From positions 1,639-65,638 of the forward strand of contig DAOUDZ010000015.1 of assembly GCA_034430575.1 (NCBI GenBank): DNA of 64,000 nucleotides. Reading direction: 5' to 3'. The notes below the pieces were generated by a model. That model did no database searches. It was given only the letters and a program-made list of their open reading frames with translations, and had not been told where the DNA came from. Shown in pieces: positions 17,688 through 25,748 of this stretch (its first letter is position 1; each line of letters opens with the position of its first letter). The DNA is from Dehalococcoidales bacterium. GTDB taxonomy: Bacteria > Chloroflexota > Dehalococcoidia > Dehalococcoidales > RBG-16-60-22. The translations under genes and the position numbers were made by a program.

Positions 17688-17699
17688 CAGATTTCGATT
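17688..17699. repeat. Direct repeat CAGATTTCGATT, right copy
   Basis: Identical to 16688-16699. The flanks are also similar (A..CGC.CAGATTTCGATT..AG). Confidence 0.85.
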
Positions 17700-18140
17700 C
17701 TAGCGCGTCTCAGCTTCGGGGAGGGGCGGCCAGGGGCGTATATACTTCAGGTAGCTGAATTTCCAGTCGCCTCTTTCCCGGACGTACCTGCATTCGTACT
17801 TTCCCTGGAAATATTGCGTCGACGGTTCGTCTATGAAGAGGTATAAAATCCAGTAGCCCTCCGCCGTATCCCCATCTACCTTGATAACCGGCTGGGCCAC
17901 CAGGTGCCCGTGCGTCGGCAGTATCTTACCCTCAAACCCCTGGAACAACTCACCTATTTCTTTTTTACCGCGGCGCGGCCCGTGCGTCCAGATATCTGCC
18001 ACGGCATCCTCGGCAAAGCAGTCCAGCATATCGTCCCACTGCTGGCTCGCCAGCGCGTAGATATAATCGTTATGCATGTTCTTAATCGCTTCTATGTCCT
18101 CTAAAACCTTGAGCCTCTTTTCCATTTCCTCTAACGTCAT
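17700..18140 (-). CDS. SnoaL-like / NTF2-fold protein
   Basis: Pattern LEDIEAIKNMHNDY...WDDMLDCFAEDAV...G. ATG at 18140 is preceded by AAGGAGG; the track ORF extends to 18173. Confidence 0.6.
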   Translation of the reverse strand: MTLEEMEKRLKVLEDIEAIKNMHNDYIYALASQQWDDMLDCFAEDAVADIWTHGPRRGKKEIGELFQGFEGKILPTHGHLVAQPVIKVDGDTAEGYWILYLFIDEPSTQYFQGKYECRYVRERGDWKFSYLKYIRPWPPLPEAETR

Positions 18141-18180
18141 GCCGACCTCCTTCAAGAAAAACGCTTTCACCACATCATTA

Positions 18181-19290
18181 TTATGTCAACTTTCCAACCC
18201 TATCGCTGGTCAGACTTTGGCCTACCACTTCCAGTAGCCCATCTAACCCCCATTCCTTTACCGCCGAAATATGCACTGTATCCTCGTCAGTGGGTACTTC
18301 CTGATTTGAGAAATAGTCCAGCGCCGATTTTTCATCCCAGACACGGCTGGAATCCAGCAGTAAATCTATCTTATTCAGCGCCGTAATACGCGGTCTATCG
18401 GCCAGCCCCAACTCACCAAGGATATCCTCGACCGTCTGGCACTGCTCCGGCGCATCCGGGGAAGAAAGGTCAACCACGTGCAGCAGCAGAGTTGCCTCGC
18501 CAAGCTCTTCCAGGGTCGCCCGGAAAGCATCGATAATAGTCGGCGGGAGCTTGCGTATAAAGCCGACGGTATCGGTAACCAGCACCACATTTTTATCAGG
18601 GAGTGCCAGCCGACGGGTGGTGGGGTCTAGGGTGGCAAAGAGACGGTCGTCCGCGTAAATATCCGCCCGGCAGAGGGCATTCAGTAACGTGCTTTTACCG
18701 GCGTTGGTATAGCCGACCAGCGCTACCACGGGCATGCCGCTCTTGCGGCGTTTCTTTCGATAGAGGGCACGGTGTTTTCTTATCGTCTCGGTCTGCTCTT
18801 TAAGATGCTGTATCTTGCGGCGTATCAGACGGCGGTCTGTCTCCAGCTGCGATTCGCCGGGGCCCCTGGTTCCGATACCGCCGCCGAGCCTTTCCAGGTG
18901 TCGCCACTGTCCGGCCAGACGGGGCAGGAGATACTGGTGCTGGGCCAGTTCTACCTGAAGACGCCCCTCGTGGGTGCGGGCGCGTTTGGCGAAAATATCC
19001 AGAATCAGCGCCGCACGGTCGATTACTTTGATGTTCAGGGCTTCTTCCAGGTTCCGCTGCTGGTTCGGCGTAAGCTCGTCATCGAGAAGAAGGACAGTGA
19101 ATTCACTGCTTTCTTTGAGAGCCTGGAGTTCTTCGAGCTTGCCTTTGCCTATGTAGAAGTCATGCGAAGGCGCCGGCAGCTGCTGGATAATTCTCCCGAC
19201 GACATGAGCCCCCGCAGCGCCCGCCAGCTGTGCCAGTTCTTCTACCGAATTCTGGGCTGATTCCCTTCCCCTGCTCCCCTTATGAGCCAC
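18181..19290 (-). CDS. hflX: GTPase HflX (start probably further upstream at a non-canonical codon)
   Basis: HflX N-domain (DIFAKRARTHEGRLQVELAQ) and G-domain (GYTNAGKSTLLN, DTVGF, NKID). The reading frame stays open to 19347 and encodes the conserved ERALLLAV strand. Confidence 0.85.
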   Translation of the reverse strand: MAHKGSRGRESAQNSVEELAQLAGAAGAHVVGRIIQQLPAPSHDFYIGKGKLEELQALKESSEFTVLLLDDELTPNQQRNLEEALNIKVIDRAALILDIFAKRARTHEGRLQVELAQHQYLLPRLAGQWRHLERLGGGIGTRGPGESQLETDRRLIRRKIQHLKEQTETIRKHRALYRKKRRKSGMPVVALVGYTNAGKSTLLNALCRADIYADDRLFATLDPTTRRLALPDKNVVLVTDTVGFIRKLPPTIIDAFRATLEELGEATLLLHVVDLSSPDAPEQCQTVEDILGELGLADRPRITALNKIDLLLDSSRVWDEKSALDYFSNQEVPTDEDTVHISAVKEWGLDGLLEVVGQSLTSDRVGKLT

Positions 19291-19378
19291 CGCCAGCAGA
19301 AGGGCTCTCTCCGGCTCGGCCCTGGTAACAATTGCGTTCCTGGCGATACTATTCTCCTCTAAACAGGATTATGTCAAA

Positions 19379-20563
19379 TTACTTTTTCGGTGTCAGTCGC
19401 CGCGTATTACGCCATCCGGAAAGCCGCGATAGCCCCTTGACCAGCGCCGCATCCGGGATGGTCAGCGATAACCTCACATACCCCTCGCCGCTACGGCCAT
19501 ACCCTACACCGGGGGTGACCGCCACACCCACCTGGTCGAGCAAATCAGTCGTAAAATCAACCGAGTTATATCCTTCGGGGACCTTGGCCCATACGTACAG
19601 GCTGGCCTTGGGCAACGTAACCTCCAGGCCGATATTGGTCAATACTTCAACAATCAGGTCGCGGCGTCTCTGGTAGGTGTTATTATGCTCGGCGATACAA
19701 TCCTGCGGCCCGTTTAACGCTTCGATGGCCATGTATTGAACCGCCTGTGGTATCCCCGAATCGAGATTCGACTTTAATGTCCTTAAAGCACCTACCGCCT
19801 CGGCATTACCGACGACCATGCCAATACGCCAGCCGGTCATGTTATAGCTCTTGGAGAACGAGTGGAACTCCACACCCACATCCCTGGCACCCTCGGCCTG
19901 CATCAGGCTCACAGGCTGGTACCCGTCAAAAGCCACCTCCGAGTACGGCCCGTCGTGACAGACGAGTATTTCGTGCTTCCCGGCGAATTCAACCACCCGA
20001 TTGAAAAAATCGAGCTCGGCAACGGCCCCGGTGGGGTTGTTGGGGTAGTTAATCCATAGCAGCTTCGTCTTCTCCAGAATATAATCGCGTATGCCGTTCA
20101 GGTCGGGCAGAAAATCGTTACTCTCTTTGAGCGGCAGATAGTACGGCCGTCCGCCGGCCAGTTGCGTACCGATAGCATAGACCGGGTACGCCGGGTCCGG
20201 CACCAGGGCGGTATCCCCGGGGTCGATGAAACAAAAAGCGATATGCCCGATACCCTCCTTGGAACCGATGAGCGGCAACACCTCGGCCTCCGGGTCGAGG
20301 GACACATTAAAGCGCTTCTGATACCATGCGGCGATAGCCTGGCGTAGCTCCGGCAGACCTTCCGACTCCGGATAACGATGGTTAGCCGCGTCTTGAGACG
20401 CCTTGCAGAGTGCCTCAATGACATGTGCCGGCGTGGGAATATCAGGGTCGCCGATAGCGAAGCTGACTATGTCCTCACCCTTAGCCTTTTTTTCGGCTAT
20501 TTTCTTATTTATCTCGACGAACAGGTATGGCGTTAATTGTTCTATTCTTCTGGCTATTTTCAT
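19379..20563 (-). CDS. dapL: LL-diaminopimelate aminotransferase (class I/II aminotransferase)
   Basis: N-terminus RIEQLTPYLFVEINKK...GDPDIPTP, and PLP lysine context SFSKSYNMTGWR. Adjacent to dapF. Confidence 0.75.
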   Translation of the reverse strand: MKIARRIEQLTPYLFVEINKKIAEKKAKGEDIVSFAIGDPDIPTPAHVIEALCKASQDAANHRYPESEGLPELRQAIAAWYQKRFNVSLDPEAEVLPLIGSKEGIGHIAFCFIDPGDTALVPDPAYPVYAIGTQLAGGRPYYLPLKESNDFLPDLNGIRDYILEKTKLLWINYPNNPTGAVAELDFFNRVVEFAGKHEILVCHDGPYSEVAFDGYQPVSLMQAEGARDVGVEFHSFSKSYNMTGWRIGMVVGNAEAVGALRTLKSNLDSGIPQAVQYMAIEALNGPQDCIAEHNNTYQRRRDLIVEVLTNIGLEVTLPKASLYVWAKVPEGYNSVDFTTDLLDQVGVAVTPGVGYGRSGEGYVRLSLTIPDAALVKGLSRLSGWRNTRRLTPKK

Positions 20564-20573
20564 AAATCACACC

Positions 20574-21434
20574 TCAATCCGGCCATTTTCCCTGGAAAAC
20601 TATCTCCGCTGGTCCGCCCAGTATCACCTCACCGCTTCCGTTCCATTCGGCTTCAAGCACTCCGCCGGGCAGTTTGATATCTACGATACGTTCGGTATAT
20701 CCCAGTTTCTTCGAAGCAACCGCTATGGCACAGGCGCCGCTGCCGCAGGCTAATGTCTCTCCGACACCCCTCTCCCAAACACGGGCTTCCAGATGCTTTT
20801 CATCAAGCACCCTGGCTATCTCGAAGTTGACGCGATTGGGAAAGACCGGCAAATTCTCCACCAGAGGCCCGATGTTAGATAACGGAAAATCAGCCACCGG
20901 CCCCTGGCAAAAATGAACGGCATGCGGGTTTCCCATAGACACGAGGTTGAGTGTCAGGCCAGTCCCGTTTACTTTGACCTTATAGCTTAACATATCTTTT
21001 ATGTCAACTACGCCGTTTTCTCCCGACTTTAAATTTACCGGGATATTACCGGCGTTAAAGTTGGGCTTGCCCATGTTGGCCCGGAACTTTACAACCTTAC
21101 CGCCTTCCCGTTCAAACGTAACCCGGTTGATGGTGGCTACCGTTTCTATCGTTATCTCTTCCGCATCCGGACTGACCAAGCCTTTCTCCAGGACGTATCT
21201 GGCCAGGCACCTGATACCGTTGCCGCAGGTCTCGGCTTCATAGCCGTCGGTATTAAAAATACGCATACGGAATTCGGCACTATCGGAAGAAAGCAGCAAG
21301 AGCAGGCTATCGGCACCGATACCCAGATGACGGTCGCACGCGGCTACGGCCACTTTGGACCAGTCGCGGTTTATATTACGCGCGTCCACCACGACAAAAT
21401 CGTTGGCAGCGCCCTGCATCTTGGCAAAGTCCAT
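20574..21434 (-). CDS. dapF: Diaminopimelate epimerase
   Basis: MQGAANDFVVVD, both catalytic Cys contexts (ETCGNGIRC and TLACGSGACA), and GNPHAV. Confidence 0.9.
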   Translation of the reverse strand: MDFAKMQGAANDFVVVDARNINRDWSKVAVAACDRHLGIGADSLLLLLSSDSAEFRMRIFNTDGYEAETCGNGIRCLARYVLEKGLVSPDAEEITIETVATINRVTFEREGGKVVKFRANMGKPNFNAGNIPVNLKSGENGVVDIKDMLSYKVKVNGTGLTLNLVSMGNPHAVHFCQGPVADFPLSNIGPLVENLPVFPNRVNFEIARVLDEKHLEARVWERGVGETLACGSGACAIAVASKKLGYTERIVDIKLPGGVLEAEWNGSGEVILGGPAEIVFQGKWPD

Positions 21435-21458
21435 TATTGTCTCTCTTTCTAACCCCGA

Positions 21459-22379
21459 CTATTCGCCTTTTAAAAACTCCGCCAGCTCTTTCTCTATCTC
21501 ACTATCTCCCTGGCTCTCCATATCGAACCAGTGTATTTTCTCGTCCTTCAGCCGGAACCAGGCGTACTGGTGCCGGATAAAACGGTGCGTTTCCGTTTTA
21601 ATTTTCTCCGCCGCCGCCTCCAGGGCAAGCTCCCCTTTAAGATACTGTCCGACCTGCCGGTAGCCGATGCCGGACATGGACGTTAAGTCTAAATGATACC
21701 CCATTTTCAGCAAATTTTCTACTTCCTGCACGAGACCGCGCTCCATCATTTCATCCACTCTGCGGTCGACCATGTTGTACAGCGATTGTCTATCGGCCGT
21801 CAAGCCGATGATAAAGGAATTAAAAGCCGGGGCTTTTTTCTTGCCGAGCTTCGAAAACGGCTTCCCGGCCCCGGCATGCACCTCTAGCGCCCTGATTACC
21901 CGGCGTACGTTGCGATGGTCAATCTTTAGCGCCGCTTCAGGGTCTACCCTGACAAGCTCTTCGTATAATTCGTCGATACCGCTCTCAATGGCCTTCTTCT
22001 CTACATTATACCTGAATTCAGGGTTGGGAGAAACTCCCGGCACCTGCCATCCTTCCAGCACCGCCTTGACGTATAAACCCGTGCCTCCCACCAGAAAGGG
22101 CTTCCGATTACGCTTAAAAATTTCCTCAATAGCCTGATTAGCCATTCTCTGATATATGGCCAGGCTGAAATCATCATCGGGGTTAATTATATCAATAAGA
22201 TGGTGTGGAACGAGGGACAGCTCATGCGGGGACGGCTTGGCCGTGCCGATATCCAGGTAACGGTACACCTGACGGCTGTCGGCGCTGATAATCTCTCCGT
22301 TGAATCGACCCGCTAGATACAGAGCCAAGCGGCTCTTGCCGATACCCGTAGGACCGACGATAGCGACAATACGGTTCAT
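21459..22379 (-). CDS. miaA: tRNA dimethylallyltransferase
   Basis: P-loop GPTGIGKS, SADSRQVYRYLDIGTAKP, and GGTGLY. Confidence 0.9.
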   Translation of the reverse strand: MNRIVAIVGPTGIGKSRLALYLAGRFNGEIISADSRQVYRYLDIGTAKPSPHELSLVPHHLIDIINPDDDFSLAIYQRMANQAIEEIFKRNRKPFLVGGTGLYVKAVLEGWQVPGVSPNPEFRYNVEKKAIESGIDELYEELVRVDPEAALKIDHRNVRRVIRALEVHAGAGKPFSKLGKKKAPAFNSFIIGLTADRQSLYNMVDRRVDEMMERGLVQEVENLLKMGYHLDLTSMSGIGYRQVGQYLKGELALEAAAEKIKTETHRFIRHQYAWFRLKDEKIHWFDMESQGDSEIEKELAEFLKGE

Positions 22380-22383
22380 GCCA

Positions 22384-23151
22384 TCAGGAAATGCCCCGTA
22401 TCTCCGAGGCCTGTTGAGCGATGCTCAAGAAATCACCGGCTTTAAGGCTGGCTCCGCCGACCAGAGCACCGTCAATCTCCGGTTTATTCATTAATTCGGT
22501 GATATTATTGGCGGTAACGCTACCACCATACAAGATATGGACACTATCGGCAATTTCACCGCCGTGCCGGTGACGTATCAACTGCCGGATGAAGCCGATG
22601 GTCTTATTGGCTTCTTCGCTGGTAGCCGACTTACCCGTGCCGATAGCCCACACCGGCTCGTAAGCGATAACCATGCCGCCGAAGAAGTACAGGCGGTCGC
22701 AGGACGCCATAAGCTGGCGGGTCAGGATTTCCTCTGTTCTCCCCGCTTCGTTCTCCTCCAGGCTCTCACCCACACAGAAGATTGGTTTTAACAGATTCTC
22801 TACAGCCGCCTTTATTCTTAAATCGATAATTTTCTCGGTATCGCCGAAATACTGACGGCGTTCGGAGTGCCCGATGATAACATATTCACAAAGTCCGGCA
22901 AGCATCTGCGGCGATATTTCACCAGTATAGGCTCCCTTTTCCTTATAAAAGACATTCTGCGCCCCCAGCTTAATCGAGCTTCCTTCGATAATATTTTTCA
23001 CCGCCGCCAGTGACACGAAGGGCGGACAGATAACTTTATCTACACCGCTTATCTCATCGAGCCCGGGCAGCATCGCCTTTACCAGCTTGACGGCATCATC
23101 TACCGTCGTATTCATCTTCCAGTTACCGGCAATCATCGGTACACGCGCCAT
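22384..23151 (-). CDS. tpiA: Triose-phosphate isomerase
   Basis: IAGNWKMN, IIGHSERR, YEPVWAIGTG and YGGSV. ATG at 23151; the track TTG start at 23172 would overlap apgM. Confidence 0.9.
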   Translation of the reverse strand: MARVPMIAGNWKMNTTVDDAVKLVKAMLPGLDEISGVDKVICPPFVSLAAVKNIIEGSSIKLGAQNVFYKEKGAYTGEISPQMLAGLCEYVIIGHSERRQYFGDTEKIIDLRIKAAVENLLKPIFCVGESLEENEAGRTEEILTRQLMASCDRLYFFGGMVIAYEPVWAIGTGKSATSEEANKTIGFIRQLIRHRHGGEIADSVHILYGGSVTANNITELMNKPEIDGALVGGASLKAGDFLSIAQQASEIRGIS

Positions 23152-23161
23152 TTTTGAACCC

Positions 23162-24370
23162 CTACGCACCAAATTTAGTCAGTTTTAGAGCATTAGCCAT
23201 AGCCAGGGGCATGATATCCGCAGATTGAATCCTGCCAAGTCCGCCGGCTACACAAGCCGATTCTGAAAACGCCTTTACAGTGTCCGTGCGGCAGTACTTC
23301 GAGCAGAGGAGGACCGGAACCGCGTGCCAGCTGTGGCCCTTGAGCACCGCCGGAGTAGAGTGGTCTCCGGTTACCACCAGTACTTCCGGCTCCAGAGATG
23401 TCAGACCGGGCAAAGCCGCATCGACCTGTTCCAGGACTTTCACCTTGCGGGCAAAATCGCCGTCTTCGCCGGCGCTATCCGTCCACTTTACATGCAGGAA
23501 GAAAAAGTCGTATATTTTAAAACTATCCTGCAGTGTTTGAAACTCATCTTCGAGAGCTGTGCCTGTTCGGGCGACTTCCATGCCGACCAGCCTGGCAAGT
23601 CCACGATACATCGGGTAAACGGCGATAGCCAGCGGGTTCAGTTTGTATATTTCCTGCATGGTGGGGAACCGAGGTTTTTTAGCGAAGCCGCGCAGTAGAA
23701 GCATATTAGCCGGATGATGTTCGGCCAGTCTCAATTTAGCCTCATCAATAAATTGATTGACGATATTTGCCGTTCCGGCAGCTTCCGGGTATTTCGCCCT
23801 GATTGATTCAGGTGCAACCCCTGTTCGTGAAGGGTCAGACTCGGAAAGTTCAGGGCTTAACTCCTCGCCGCGAAAGACGGTCACAAAACGGTGCTCCCTG
23901 ACAGGATAGACCATAATCTTTACGCCATTGAATGAGATACCGTCGAGTAGTTTGCATAACTCGGCGCATTTCTCGGTGGAGATACGTCCGGCCCTACGGT
24001 CGGTAATAATGCCCTTGCCATCAATGGTGCAGAAATTACCGCGTGCCGCTACATCGCCCGGCTGAAGTTCAACGTCGATGCCGACAGCCTCCAGCACGCC
24101 GCGCCCGATGTTGCTGTTGACGGGGTCGTACCCGAAGAGCGCCAGGTGGCCAGGTCCGCTGCCGGGGGTAATACCCGGGGCTATAGGGTCGGCCAGACCG
24201 CAAATTCCGCTGGCAGCCAGAGCGTCAAGATTGGGGATTCGGGCCGTCTCCAGCTCCGACCTGCCCGTTTGCGGGTCGGGCAATCCTCCCAGTCCGTCGA
24301 TTACCAGCATTACAATCTTCGATGGCGAAGTTACCGAGATATCTTTTATTAAGTCCATACCGGTTGTCAT
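23162..24370 (-). CDS. apgM: Cofactor-independent phosphoglycerate mutase, archaeal type
   Basis: 402 aa. MLVIDGLGG, TGDHSTP and HS..AVP motifs. Sits between pgk and tpiA. Confidence 0.8.
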   Translation of the reverse strand: MTTGMDLIKDISVTSPSKIVMLVIDGLGGLPDPQTGRSELETARIPNLDALAASGICGLADPIAPGITPGSGPGHLALFGYDPVNSNIGRGVLEAVGIDVELQPGDVAARGNFCTIDGKGIITDRRAGRISTEKCAELCKLLDGISFNGVKIMVYPVREHRFVTVFRGEELSPELSESDPSRTGVAPESIRAKYPEAAGTANIVNQFIDEAKLRLAEHHPANMLLLRGFAKKPRFPTMQEIYKLNPLAIAVYPMYRGLARLVGMEVARTGTALEDEFQTLQDSFKIYDFFFLHVKWTDSAGEDGDFARKVKVLEQVDAALPGLTSLEPEVLVVTGDHSTPAVLKGHSWHAVPVLLCSKYCRTDTVKAFSESACVAGGLGRIQSADIMPLAMANALKLTKFGA

Positions 24371-25567
24371 TTAAAGCGTTCCTTTGTCCTGTAATGCTAC
24401 CACACCCGGTAACTCTTCGCCACCCAAGAACTTTAGTGAAGCTCCGCCGCCGGTTGAAACAAAGGAGACTCCATCAGCCAGCCCCATGGCATCTATAACC
24501 TCCGCCGTTGAACCACCGCCCACGATGGTCTTGCCATGAAGCTCGGAGAGAAGTGTTGCCAGCACCCGGGTCCCCACGGCAAATTGCGGTATCTCCTCTA
24601 CGCCCATGGGACCGTTCCAGAATACCGTCCAACTCCGTTTTAGCTCATTACTGAAACACTCAATAGTCAGCGGGCCAACATCGACGATTTTTTTATCGGG
24701 GGGTATAGCATCGACGGATACGACTTTTCCTTCGGCTTCGCTGCTGATTTCATCGGTGATTACCACGTCTACCGGCAGCATAAGCCTGACGCCGCTCATC
24801 TCGGCCTCTTTAATCAACTCCGCCGCCGTGTCCACCCAGTCCGTCTCAATCAGTGAAGTCCCCACCTCATAAGACTTTGCTTTCAGGAAAGTAGCCGCCA
24901 TGCTGCCGCCGATTAACAGGCAGTCTACCTTCGCCATGATGTTTTTCAGCATGCCTACCTTGTCGCTGACCTTGGCGCCCCCGAAAACCGATACAAACGG
25001 GTGAACGGGATGTTCCAGGAGGTCGCCGAGAGTATTGATTTCCTTTTCCAATAGCAGCCCGGCTACCGCCGGCAGATATTGCCCGATGCCGGCTATCGAA
25101 GCGTGGGCCCGGTGGGAGGTGCCGAAGGCATCATTGACGAAGATATCGCCCAGGCGGGCTAAAGCTTTGGCAAATTCGGAACTGCCCGTCTCCTCGTCGG
25201 AATGAAACCGCAGATTCTCCAGCAGCAGGACATCACCGGCCTGTAGCGTCTCTACAGATTTTTCCACTTCCGGCCCGATACAGTTGATGGCAACGCCGAC
25301 CTGCTGTCCCAAAATCTGGGAAAGCCGCTGGGCTACCGGAGTCAACCGCAGAGAGTCGACCACCTTGCCCCTGGGCCGGCCCAGATGAGAAATTAGAATG
25401 ACCCTGGCGTTACGCTCGGTAAGGTATTTAATCGTCGGCAGGGCCGCCCTGATACGGTTATCATCAACGATTTCTCCCGTCCTGGTATCAATAGGGACAT
25501 TAAAGTCGACCCGGACCAGCGCTCTCTTGCCGGTAACCTCTATGTCCCTGACGGTCATCTTGTTCAT
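24371..25567 (-). CDS. pgk: Phosphoglycerate kinase
   Basis: RVDFNVP, SHLGRP, FGTSHRAHAS and STGGGASL. Confidence 0.95.
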   Translation of the reverse strand: MNKMTVRDIEVTGKRALVRVDFNVPIDTRTGEIVDDNRIRAALPTIKYLTERNARVILISHLGRPRGKVVDSLRLTPVAQRLSQILGQQVGVAINCIGPEVEKSVETLQAGDVLLLENLRFHSDEETGSSEFAKALARLGDIFVNDAFGTSHRAHASIAGIGQYLPAVAGLLLEKEINTLGDLLEHPVHPFVSVFGGAKVSDKVGMLKNIMAKVDCLLIGGSMAATFLKAKSYEVGTSLIETDWVDTAAELIKEAEMSGVRLMLPVDVVITDEISSEAEGKVVSVDAIPPDKKIVDVGPLTIECFSNELKRSWTVFWNGPMGVEEIPQFAVGTRVLATLLSELHGKTIVGGGSTAEVIDAMGLADGVSFVSTGGGASLKFLGGEELPGVVALQDKGTL

Positions 25568-25589
25568 GCATCGCTCCCGAATATCATTA

Positions 25590-25628
25590 ATATAAAATAA
25601 TAATCAGGCGCTGACTCGAACGCCTGAT
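25590..25628 (-). terminator. Candidate rho-independent terminator downstream of dxs
   Basis: On the minus strand: ATCAGGCG, 10-nt loop, CGCCTGAT, then TTATTATTTTAT. Confidence 0.4.
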
Positions 25629-25657
25629 AAGTAATAACGCTGCTTATATTTACAAAA

Positions 25658-25675
25658 TCGATTGCACGCAATCGA
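25658..25675. promoter_or_regulatory. Perfect palindrome TCGATTGC-AC-GCAATCGA upstream of pgk
   Basis: 8-bp arms with a 2-nt spacer. That is too tight for an RNA hairpin and is more like a dimeric-regulator operator. Confidence 0.3.
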
Positions 25676-25748
25676 CGGATAACAAACCAACTTAAGTATC
25701 AGTTTTAACTGCACTCCCCTACCCTTTTCAGGAAGTATAAAATATCGC

